This document shows, piece by piece, positions 10,880 through 19,273 of a DNA stretch of 64,000 bases. The notes under the pieces are model-generated. The model did no database searches, had not been told where the DNA came from, and saw only the letters and a list, made by a program, of their open reading frames with translations. This DNA comes from an uncultured bacterium (GTDB taxonomy: Bacteria > Chloroflexota > UBA5177 > JANWHV01), in NCBI GenBank assembly GCA_963827235.1, contig CAWHAE010000016.1, positions 608,001 to 672,000 of the forward strand. The letters are read 5' to 3'. Positions within the stretch are counted from its first letter, which is position 1. Each line of letters starts with the position of its first letter. The translations under genes were made by a program, and so were the position numbers.

Positions 10880-11878
10880 ATGGTAAACGAGCGCGCTCTG
10901 GCAGAAGGCTACATTGACGGGTATGCGAAGCTTGGCCTCTACCCAATCAGGGTGGTGGCCAAGATGACAGGCATCAACGTTCACACGCTTCGAGCGTGGG
11001 AGCGGCGCTATGGCGTGCCGAGGCCCTCGCGCACGGCAGGTACGCACCGCCTGTACGACGCGGGCGACATCGCGATCATCCGTCGCGTTCAGGAGCTCAC
11101 TCTGAGTGGTCTGACTCCGGGAAGAGCTTGCGCGTACGTGATTGCTGAAGCGTCCGAGAACCAGGCTGTCGTGGAGATCGAGCCGCAGCCGGTCCCCGAC
11201 CGAGGTTGCGAGCTGTGCGGTGCCCTGGTGCGCTCATTCATCGAGCTGAACGAGGACACCGCGGGCCGCATCCTCGTCGAGCTGACCCAACTGCTCGGTC
11301 CGGAGGGAGCGCTGGTGGACGTCCTCCTGCCCAGCCTTGCCGAGATCGGTACCGCTTGGGAAGAAGGGCGGGCCTCGATAGCTGCCGAGCACTTCGCCAG
11401 CGCGGTGGTGCGGTCGTGGCTCGTCTCGAACTTCGACGGTGCGGCCAAGGGCGATGGGAGGCTGGTGGCGCTGGTAGGCGCAGCACCCGGCGAGCAGCAT
11501 GAGATTCCGCCGCTGGCCCTGACAATGCTGCTACGGAGACGCGGCTGGCATGTCCTGTTTCTCGGTGCGGGAATGCCGTTTGAGGATCTCTCTGATGCCA
11601 TCGTGCGCAAACGCCCGCAGCTCGTTTGCCTCTCGGCCAATACGACGGCGTCCGTGCCCGGCCTCGTAGACGTCCTCTTGCAGCTCCGTTGCCTCCCCGA
11701 AGCCGGCTCGGTGATCCTTACGTACGGCGGCTCGCCTTTCACGGCCAGCGCTCACCTGCGGGATCCCCTGGAAGGCATTGCTACGTACCTCGGGGACGAC
11801 CTGCGAACGGCAGCGGACGTAGCAGGCTCGCTGCTCGAGCAACGCGCCGCCAGCCTGGCCGCCGCCGAGCTGGATTGA
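10880..11878 (+). CDS. MerR-family regulator with cobalamin-binding domain (CarH/LitR-like)
   Basis: TLRAWERRYG HTH; W-x9-EH and E-x-H B12 motifs; start at ATG 10880 (ORF from 10799). Confidence 0.9.
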   Translation: MVNERALAEGYIDGYAKLGLYPIRVVAKMTGINVHTLRAWERRYGVPRPSRTAGTHRLYDAGDIAIIRRVQELTLSGLTPGRACAYVIAEASENQAVVEIEPQPVPDRGCELCGALVRSFIELNEDTAGRILVELTQLLGPEGALVDVLLPSLAEIGTAWEEGRASIAAEHFASAVVRSWLVSNFDGAAKGDGRLVALVGAAPGEQHEIPPLALTMLLRRRGWHVLFLGAGMPFEDLSDAIVRKRPQLVCLSANTTASVPGLVDVLLQLRCLPEAGSVILTYGGSPFTASAHLRDPLEGIATYLGDDLRTAADVAGSLLEQRAASLAAAELD

Positions 11879-11895
11879 GCCTGTCGTTGGCAGGC

Positions 11896-12702
11896 TCAGC
11901 GCCTCCGCATGCCGAAGCTCACGTAGCCTAGCGCTGCCAGCGCGGCCAGGATGGCCAGTCCGCGGACTGCGGCGGCCAGGGGCAGCGCCGGAACCAAGCA
12001 GCCGACAAAAACGATCGCCAGGCCCACCTGGGCGGAGCGCAGCAGTACCGCCGACTGTCCGGCCCGCGGCCGGGCGGCTATCGCCGCCGGGGCGGACGAG
12101 GACGCAGCAGCTCGCGGTCTCAAGGCGGTCTCCAGTGGCCGCAGGAGGTTCTGCCAGGTCTGGGGATCCGCGCCCTTGCCGCGCCACTGGAGGTCGTCCG
12201 CGGCGGCGTCGAGCACGCGAAGCACCTCGCCGCGAAACGAGCTCGCCAGCGCCGCGAAGTCCATCGCTTCGGCCAGGGCACCGTCGATCCCCTGGGTGAA
12301 GGCGCGGTCTCCGACCGCGATCGTATCGATGAGCAGCGCCTCTACAGCGCTGACCACGCGGCGGTACGTATGCCGCGGCAGGTTGGGAATGAGGCGCAGC
12401 GCGGCGCTGGCCACAACCGACCGGATCGCATCCACGCGTACGTCCGACCGCTGCGTCGCTTCATGAGCGGCGGCGCTCTCGACGACCTCCTTTTCGCGTA
12501 GCATCTCGCCGACGGCGACATAGGCAGCGTTGATCAACTTGAAGCGACGGTCTGCCTCCAGCCGCTGCGAGTCTGAGCTGCTCGCGTAGCGGTCGGGATG
12601 CCACGCCTTGACGAGCTTGCGATAGGCGCGCTTGAGTTCGTCCGGCGTAGCAGTACGCGAGAGTCCGAGTACAGCGTACGGGTCAGCGATCTCGCCGGGC
12701 AT
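11896..12702 (-). CDS. J-domain protein with C-terminal membrane anchor
   Basis: DPYAVLGL...AYRKL..WHPD...FKLINAAY; two C-terminal TM segments. Confidence 0.88.
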   Translation of the reverse strand: MPGEIADPYAVLGLSRTATPDELKRAYRKLVKAWHPDRYASSSDSQRLEADRRFKLINAAYVAVGEMLREKEVVESAAAHEATQRSDVRVDAIRSVVASAALRLIPNLPRHTYRRVVSAVEALLIDTIAVGDRAFTQGIDGALAEAMDFAALASSFRGEVLRVLDAAADDLQWRGKGADPQTWQNLLRPLETALRPRAAASSSAPAAIAARPRAGQSAVLLRSAQVGLAIVFVGCLVPALPLAAAVRGLAILAALAALGYVSFGMRRR

Positions 12703-12707
12703 AGCGA

Positions 12708-14144
12708 TCAGCGTTCACGCGACTCGTAGAGCAGTCCACGGATGGCTGCGACATCCCTCCGAATCTGCACGTTTTCGTTCTTGAGCTCGACGGCAACCTT
12801 GTCGCAGCCGTGGACGACCGTGCTGTGATCGCGGTTTCCCAGGTAGGCACCGATCCGGGGCAGCGAGCAGTTGGCCTCCTCGCGCATGAGATACATTGCT
12901 ATCTGCCGGGGCAAGGCGATGGCCCGTTCGCGCGAGGCGCCGAGCATGTTCTGGCGGTCGACCTTGTAGTACGTCAGCACGGCATCCATCACCTCGTCCA
13001 GGGTCGGCGCGGACCTGCGAATACCACCCGAAGCCGCCTCCAGCGCGCTGGCCGCCAGCTCGAGAGTTACCGGAACGTTCTGCACGCCTGCCATGTGAGT
13101 GATCCGGGTGAGCGTGCCTTCGAGCTCGCGCACGTTGTTCTGCACGCGCTTGGCGATATAGTCGATGACAGTCTTCGGAATGGGAACCGGCTGGAGCTCC
13201 GCCTTCGACTGGAGGATTGCGATCCGATGTTCGAAGTCCGGCGGCTGCACGTCCGCGATCAGCCCCCACTCGAAGCGAGACCGAAGCCGATCCTCGAGCG
13301 TCGTCATTGCCTTGGGATGCCTGTCGCTGGTCATTACAATCTGCTTCTGGGCCTCGTGCAGTGCATTGAATGTATGGAAGAACTCGTCCTGAGTGCTCTC
13401 CTTGCCGGCGATGAACTGAATGTCGTCGATAAGGAGGATATCGACGCACCGGTAGCGGCTGCGGAACTCCTCCGTCCTGCCTTTCTGAATGGCAGCGATC
13501 ATCTCGTTCATGAACTGCTCGGATGAGACATACAGGACCTCGAGATGCCCGTGCAGTCTCAGTGCTTCGTGGCCGATCGCGTGCAGGAGGTGCGTCTTGC
13601 CGAGCCCGACGCTTCCCCAGATGAAGAGAGGGTTATAGCGATGGGCAGGATTCTCGGCAACGCTCATGCTCGCGGCATAGGCAAACCGATTCGTGCTCCC
13701 CTGAATGAACGTCTCGAACACGTAGCGCGGATTGAGCTGCAGCGCCTGATTGGAGAAGAACGGTGCCAGCAAAGTGGCCGACGGGCCCGGATTGGCGCGG
13801 CTCGCCCGAGTGCCTCTGGAGATCGCGGCGCCATCCGCGCGCTGGCCCGCAACGCGCTGCCTGCGCCCTTCCACCTCGTCGGCGGCGACAACCTCTTCCT
13901 CCACGATGGCGTACTGGAGCCGGATGCGGCCAAACTCGAGCGTTTGCATTGCCTTATCGATATGCTTGGAAAGCCGCTGTTCCAAATAGAGCTTGTTGAA
14001 TGCGCTCGGCACACCCACGGTGAGCTGCGAGCCGTCGTAGGCCACACACCTCGTGTTCTGTAGCCACTGCTTGAAGTTCTCCGGCGTGATGAAGCTCTGC
14101 AGTTCAGCTAAGATTCGCTGCCAAATTAGTGAGCCTTGCTGCAA
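12708..14144 (-). CDS. dnaA: Chromosomal replication initiator DnaA
   Basis: YNPLFIWG.VGLGKTHL, LLIDDIQF, RLRSRF, NVRELEG, RDHSTV; all four domains present. Confidence 0.96.
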   Translation of the reverse strand: MQQGSLIWQRILAELQSFITPENFKQWLQNTRCVAYDGSQLTVGVPSAFNKLYLEQRLSKHIDKAMQTLEFGRIRLQYAIVEEEVVAADEVEGRRQRVAGQRADGAAISRGTRASRANPGPSATLLAPFFSNQALQLNPRYVFETFIQGSTNRFAYAASMSVAENPAHRYNPLFIWGSVGLGKTHLLHAIGHEALRLHGHLEVLYVSSEQFMNEMIAAIQKGRTEEFRSRYRCVDILLIDDIQFIAGKESTQDEFFHTFNALHEAQKQIVMTSDRHPKAMTTLEDRLRSRFEWGLIADVQPPDFEHRIAILQSKAELQPVPIPKTVIDYIAKRVQNNVRELEGTLTRITHMAGVQNVPVTLELAASALEAASGGIRRSAPTLDEVMDAVLTYYKVDRQNMLGASRERAIALPRQIAMYLMREEANCSLPRIGAYLGNRDHSTVVHGCDKVAVELKNENVQIRRDVAAIRGLLYESRER

Positions 14145-14355
14145 TCTCGTGTCCTCCCCTCATGCGGCCGAAGCATAGCATGCCCTTGCGCCCGTCTCGG
14201 CGCGGCGCCGCGCGCGGGCAATGCTGGAGCGCAGCCCCAATCTCGTGCAACGTGACGCACCGCGCCCATCTCGCGGTCCAGAGCCGCCGTGACAACACGG
14301 GGCCCATACCCCACTGCAGTGCACTAGAGAATCCATTGTAGTCCGTTGAAAGGTG

Positions 14356-15393
14356 TTACGGAACAACCGAGAGAAGATGAGCCACGATACGTTCTAGCGA
14401 CAGAATCTCTTGCGCGGCCCCGATTGCCGCTGCTTCACGAGGCATGCCGTACACGACACTGGTACTTTCATCCTGAGCGATCGTCTGGCCACCGGCGAGG
14501 CGAATGCTCTGCAGACCCGCCGCTCCGTCGGTACCCATGCCGGTAAGCACCAGCCCGACCGACTGCGCTCCGTAGGCCCGGGCAATCGAGCGCAGCAGCA
14601 CCGTTCCCGAAGGCCGGTGACCGTCGATAGGACCATCATCCGAGAAGCCAAGGAATCCCGCGCTGTCTACGACCATGTGCGTGTCGTCGGGAGCGAAGAG
14701 GACCTGGCCAGGCTGCGGGACTTCGCCCGCCTGCCCCAGACGCACCTCCATCTTTGTATCGTTACTCAGCCATTCGACGAGCCCGGGAACGAATCCGAGA
14801 GTAATATGTTGCACGACAAGGATAGGCGCCGGGAAGTTGTAGGGCAGCCGCCGGAGCAGAAAGTGCAGGGCCGCAGGACCACCGGTGGCGGCGACTACGC
14901 CGACCGCGCGGACGTGCGTCGGCGCACTGTGCGCGGCCATGGGGACGATTGGACTGGTCGGCGCCGGCTTTCTCTGCACAACTTTTACCCCGGCCATGCT
15001 TCGCACCGCCTGGACCAGCTCATCGTGCATTCGCCGGTACTCAGGTTCGTCCGGCCCGGTGGGCTTGGCCACGACTGCCAGGGCACCGGCGCGAATAGCC
15101 TCAAAGGCCATTTGCGAGGAAGGGTCGCCGACGTAGCCGCTGAGCACGACGATCGGCACTGCCAGACTCTCCAGAATCTTCTGCGTGGCCTGCAGGCCGT
15201 CCATGATTGGCATGTTGATGTCCATGATTACAACGTCGGGGCGCAGCGAGAGGCACAGCCGAACTGCCTCCGCTCCATCCCTCGCCGCGCCTACCACGCG
15301 CAAGTCTGGCTCCTGCTCGAGCGTCGTCAGGAGCAGGCGCCGCATAACAGCGGAGTCGTCCGCGATCAACACGCGATATATGCGCTGAGCCAT
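14356..15393 (-). CDS. cheB: CheB-like REC + methylesterase protein (catalytic Ser replaced by Ala)
   Basis: REC domain (ADDS, MDINMP), VQH, HRPS, LTGMG.DG, AQDE.TSVVYGMP; GGAG RBS before ATG 15393. Confidence 0.9.
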   Translation of the reverse strand: MAQRIYRVLIADDSAVMRRLLLTTLEQEPDLRVVGAARDGAEAVRLCLSLRPDVVIMDINMPIMDGLQATQKILESLAVPIVVLSGYVGDPSSQMAFEAIRAGALAVVAKPTGPDEPEYRRMHDELVQAVRSMAGVKVVQRKPAPTSPIVPMAAHSAPTHVRAVGVVAATGGPAALHFLLRRLPYNFPAPILVVQHITLGFVPGLVEWLSNDTKMEVRLGQAGEVPQPGQVLFAPDDTHMVVDSAGFLGFSDDGPIDGHRPSGTVLLRSIARAYGAQSVGLVLTGMGTDGAAGLQSIRLAGGQTIAQDESTSVVYGMPREAAAIGAAQEILSLERIVAHLLSVVP

Positions 15394-15544
15394 CAATGCT
15401 CCAACAATCTTGGCCGTCTCTGGTAGGTCCGCAATATGCGAAGCCCAGGGCAGACGCACTCGACGGCCCGCGATTCGCTTGTATCGAGTGTACAGCACAG
15501 CTGGGGTGGCTCGGCGCGGCAACGTGCAGGCGGGAACTCGCAGC

Positions 15545-16186
15545 TTAAGGCCGCAAAAAGTACGTCCGCACCCGATCGCGCAATGCCGGCCACACTGTAT
15601 CGTAGCCAGCCAGTTCCACGTCGCTCATATCTCGGTACAGCTTGCCCGCTGCCTTGTGCATGCGAATGCTTTCCGTCCAGAACTCGCCGGCGGTGCCGGT
15701 CGCTGGCGGACGCTCCATGATCACGCCGCCGCTCCCGCACGCCGTCCAGCTTTCGAGCAGATTGCCATCGCGCGCCAGGGCCAGGGCCTCGCACCACTCG
15801 CAGGCGCGATCGTTGCCGGTTAGCCCATGCATCAGGGAGAGCAGATGGTCGACGCGGCTTGGGCCGTCCGCGTCGTCGCCGGCGTTGCGCCGAGTGAAGA
15901 GCTCGTTCCATTGCCCGGCAAGCGCAGGGATGCGCAAGCCCCCATCGCTCGCCAACACTAAAATCCCGCCGGCACGATCCGACCACGCCAGCGCCTTCTC
16001 CACCGCGTTCTCCAGGAAGCCAGGGCCCCGCTCGTCGACGCGCGGCGGAAGGATACTCAGGTCGAAGGGAGTGCGAAGCAACACCGGCAGGCCCTGGCAG
16101 AGCCAGGCGAGTCGCCGAAGCTTCGCCGAGTTCGAGCTGGCGAGCAGGAGCGGCTCGGGCTCCAGCCTGCTAGCATCCGGCTTCAT
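15545..16186 (-). CDS. Ham1/RdgB-like non-canonical NTP pyrophosphatase (divergent)
   Basis: ASSN.AK, E.G..F.ENA..KA, ASDGGL motifs; start ATG 16186 overlaps upstream gene. Confidence 0.78.
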   Translation of the reverse strand: MKPDASRLEPEPLLLASSNSAKLRRLAWLCQGLPVLLRTPFDLSILPPRVDERGPGFLENAVEKALAWSDRAGGILVLASDGGLRIPALAGQWNELFTRRNAGDDADGPSRVDHLLSLMHGLTGNDRACEWCEALALARDGNLLESWTACGSGGVIMERPPATGTAGEFWTESIRMHKAAGKLYRDMSDVELAGYDTVWPALRDRVRTYFLRP

Positions 16187-16541
16187 CGTCGGGCCGTGGG
16201 GCGTTCTGCGACTGGGCATACGCTCGCAGCGAAGCGTAGCTCGCCTCGGAGCGAGTCTTCCACCACCCGGAGTCACCTCGAAGCCGGATATTCCGCATAT
16301 CGAGGAGCCATCGGGCGTACGCAGTGCGCTGGCGCACCAGCACGCACACGGCGCGGCGGTTCACGCGCCACCAAGGGCGCGTCCCGGGCAGCGATGGCAT
16401 GTAGAGGCCGAATGTCTCCAGACGCCAGCGGGCCAGCCCTTTGCACAGCAGCAAAGCGACGTGGCGGGCCAGCAGAACGTCGGAACACGTCCGAAGGACG
16501 TATGTCCTGGCGAAGCCGCCACGTCTGTGCAGGCGGCCCAT
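16170..16541 (-). CDS. Hypothetical basic, Trp-rich protein (123 aa)
   Basis: ATG overlaps the stop of the upstream gene (TGATG at 16539-16543) and its end overlaps the Ham1-like start, consistent with operon coupling. Confidence 0.6.
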   Translation of the reverse strand: MGRLHRRGGFARTYVLRTCSDVLLARHVALLLCKGLARWRLETFGLYMPSLPGTRPWWRVNRRAVCVLVRQRTAYARWLLDMRNIRLRGDSGWWKTRSEASYASLRAYAQSQNAPRPDDEAGC

Positions 16542-17104
16542 CAGTGATAGAACGGGTTGTGCCTGTTGCCCCTGGCCTCCGCAACCATGTCCGCCAGTTG
16601 CTTGCTGGTGAAGACATCCTCTTCCTGGCCATACGACAGAGCAAGGCGCTGAATATCCCGTCGGAGATAGCCCGGCACGGGATAGCGATAATTGACGATC
16701 AGCGTGTCGTCGCGCTCGACCAGAAGCACCGCCAGGGCCTTCACCTTGTCGAGTCGCGCACCGATGGTGCGAAACGTCTCCTGGTAGCCATCGGCACATA
16801 CGGGACGGCGTCGAGTAGACCGGGCCGATCGCACGGCACCTGCCCGGGCGGCACCGCGGCGTCTAGCGGTTCGCTCGCCTCGCAGCCGAGCCATGAGGCG
16901 AGACAGGTCGCCATGGGGCACCATCCCCGTCACCGGCCTGGCGAGGTCGCCACGAGAAAAACTGTGCCAAACGAAGCCATCGTCGATCTCACTCAGCGTA
17001 ACGTACTCCGCCCGCAGCCAATCCAGGTAAGCGCCTATAGCGCGCAACGCGTCGCGATATTGAGGCTCGTCCTGTGTCGCGAAGCCGATCGCCGTGCTTG
17101 CCAC
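16541..17104 (-). CDS. Hypothetical protein with internal duplicated Y-x3-[LF]R-x-IG-x2-LD domain
   Basis: Clear paralog of 17221-17916; ends ...FYH. Confidence 0.8.
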   Translation of the reverse strand: MASTAIGFATQDEPQYRDALRAIGAYLDWLRAEYVTLSEIDDGFVWHSFSRGDLARPVTGMVPHGDLSRLMARLRGERTARRRGAARAGAVRSARSTRRRPVCADGYQETFRTIGARLDKVKALAVLLVERDDTLIVNYRYPVPGYLRRDIQRLALSYGQEEDVFTSKQLADMVAEARGNRHNPFYH

Positions 17105-17220
17105 TCAACACACCCTCGATCAGTCTAGGCACGCGGGCCACGTCTCTCATCATAGCATCGCGTCGGCAACGCGGCTCCTGGCAGTAGCCACCAGCACGCA
17201 AGCGCGACCCGCGGGAGCAC

Positions 17221-17916
17221 TCAGTGATAGAAGCTCGTGCCCCGAAAGCCCCGGACGCGCCGTACCAACGCTATGGCGTCGTCGCGATACAGCACATCCT
17301 CGTGGAAGTAGTTGTTCGAGATGAATCGATCGGGCTCCATCTGAACAAACAGCGGGACCGCCAGGGTATACTGCACCAATATCGAGTCATCGCTCTCCTG
17401 CAACATGAAGGAAGTCGCCGCGACGCGGTCCAGCTTGTAGCTCAAGCAACGCAACAACTCCTCATAGCCGAATGGGCACACGGCGTCGATGCGCCGCTCC
17501 GGCTGAATGATCGAGCGCGATCCGTCGGGAAGGCTGAATTTGGTTTGCAGTCCCGGCGCATCCTGGGCTTCGTCGATCACCAGGTCGGGCACGCGGCCCA
17601 GTCGAGCGGCTTTCACCGACTCAGTCAGCTGCGGTATCTCGTCATGCCCGACCACGCCGCAGAGAAGCTGCGCAGGGTCTTCGCGAGCAAGGCAGCGCCA
17701 GATGAATCCTTGCTCGCTCTCGGCGAGCGTGAGGTTTCGCGCCTCAAGCGTATCCAGGTACGCTCCGATCGGGCGGAGCAATAGCCGATACTTCGGCGCT
17801 GCCGAGGTGCTCAAGGTTCCCACGTGATGCAATCTAGTGATCAATGTCCGCCTCACAGGGTTGTCTACCGCTCTCGGAGTCACGCCCAGTATAGTCGACC
17901 AAAGCAGCCTCTGCAA
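17221..17916 (-). CDS. Hypothetical protein, paralog of 16541-17104
   Basis: YRLLLRPIGAYLD...VCPFGYEELLR...EDVLY...FYH aligns with neighbour; true start probably about 17823. Confidence 0.8.
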   Translation of the reverse strand: MQRLLWSTILGVTPRAVDNPVRRTLITRLHHVGTLSTSAAPKYRLLLRPIGAYLDTLEARNLTLAESEQGFIWRCLAREDPAQLLCGVVGHDEIPQLTESVKAARLGRVPDLVIDEAQDAPGLQTKFSLPDGSRSIIQPERRIDAVCPFGYEELLRCLSYKLDRVAATSFMLQESDDSILVQYTLAVPLFVQMEPDRFISNNYFHEDVLYRDDAIALVRRVRGFRGTSFYH

Positions 17917-18033
17917 GACTGGAGCGCCGTGAGCATGGCCGCCGTTGCTTCGACCTCGACCTTGCGGCGAACCGCGTGTCCGGGGCGCCGTCCAGTCATC
18001 TCTGGCCGGGTCCAGATGGGACCAGCGATGCTG

Positions 18034-19203
18034 CTATGGCAGCACCTGAATGTCAAATTCGAAGAGCCGCTGGTACTCGCGAACCGCGGCGCGATCAGTC
18101 ATCTCGGCAAGATAGTCGCAGATCACACGCGGCAGGCTGCAGCCGGGCGACTCACGCTTTCTGACCAGGGGCGGCAGCTGAGCGGGATTTGTCGCGTAGG
18201 ACTCAAACAACGCGCGTACCAGGCGTTGCGCCTTCACCCACATGGTTTCGACGATGTGGTGCCGGTAGAGCGATGCGGTCAGGAACTCGTGCAGCGACGC
18301 TCGTAGCGCCTGCACGTCCGGCGAGAAGGTCACGACCGCCGTTTCCAGGCTGCGGATCTCGTCCGGGCTGGATGGATGCAGATCGTCAAGAGCCGCGGCC
18401 GTCATGGCCACCGCATCGGTGACCATGACGTTCACCAGGTAGCGCTTGAGCGAGCGGCGGGCGAGGTCATGCGTCAGATCGGCGGTTCGTTCGACGATCT
18501 GAGGCCGCACCGCCGTCCACCAGGTGGGACGCTGCTCGTCGAACGCTTCCCAACGAATAAGACCGGCCGCCAGGCCGTCGTCAAGGTCGTGGCAGCCGTA
18601 CGCAATGCCGTCCGCCAGATCGCTGACCTGTGCTTCGAGGCTGGGCTGGTTGAAGTTGACAAACTCACGCTCCGGCCCCGGAAGGCGATGAATGCCGTGC
18701 ATGGCGATCCCCTCGCGCACTTCCCAGGTCAGATTCAAGCCGTGCATACCGGGGTATTCTTCCTCGAGCAGGTCGACGATGCGTAGCGTCTGGGCGTTGT
18801 GCTCGAAGCCGCCATCTCCGGCCATGCATTCGGAGAGCATGGTCTCGCCCGCGTGCCCAAACGGCGGGTGGCCGAGATCGTGCGCCCGGCAGATTGCCTC
18901 CGTGAGGTCGAGGTTCAGACCCAGCGTCTTGGCCATGGTCAGGGCGATCTGCGTGGCCTCTTCGGTATGGGTCAGGCGCGTCCGAAAATACTCGCCTTCC
19001 AGGGTGACGAACACCTGAGTCTTGTTCCCCAGTCGCCGGTAGGCCGAGGAATGCACGATCCGATCTCGGTCTCGGCTAAACCCCGTGCGGAGCGCATCGC
19101 CGCCATCGCCATGGCGGCGCCCACGCGAGCCCGCCGCGTGCTCGGCGTACGGCGCCAGGCTCCTCGCCTCAGCAGCCTCCAGGTCCTGACGGCGCAACAG
19201 CAT
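18034..19203 (-). CDS. dgt: dGTP triphosphohydrolase (HD family)
   Basis: RDRDRIVHS, KTQVF, RTRLTH, HDLGHPPFGHAGE, FEHN motifs. Confidence 0.95.
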   Translation of the reverse strand: MLLRRQDLEAAEARSLAPYAEHAAGSRGRRHGDGGDALRTGFSRDRDRIVHSSAYRRLGNKTQVFVTLEGEYFRTRLTHTEEATQIALTMAKTLGLNLDLTEAICRAHDLGHPPFGHAGETMLSECMAGDGGFEHNAQTLRIVDLLEEEYPGMHGLNLTWEVREGIAMHGIHRLPGPEREFVNFNQPSLEAQVSDLADGIAYGCHDLDDGLAAGLIRWEAFDEQRPTWWTAVRPQIVERTADLTHDLARRSLKRYLVNVMVTDAVAMTAAALDDLHPSSPDEIRSLETAVVTFSPDVQALRASLHEFLTASLYRHHIVETMWVKAQRLVRALFESYATNPAQLPPLVRKRESPGCSLPRVICDYLAEMTDRAAVREYQRLFEFDIQVLP

Positions 19204-19273
19204 ACGGCGCTACATCATCCTCCTCGGAAATCGCCCCGGCGGCGCGGGAACCGCCATAGCGAAGCGTAGCAGG

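Noticed and set aside
14145-14355. oriC upstream of dnaA
   Set aside because: No DnaA-box cluster or AT-rich element seen
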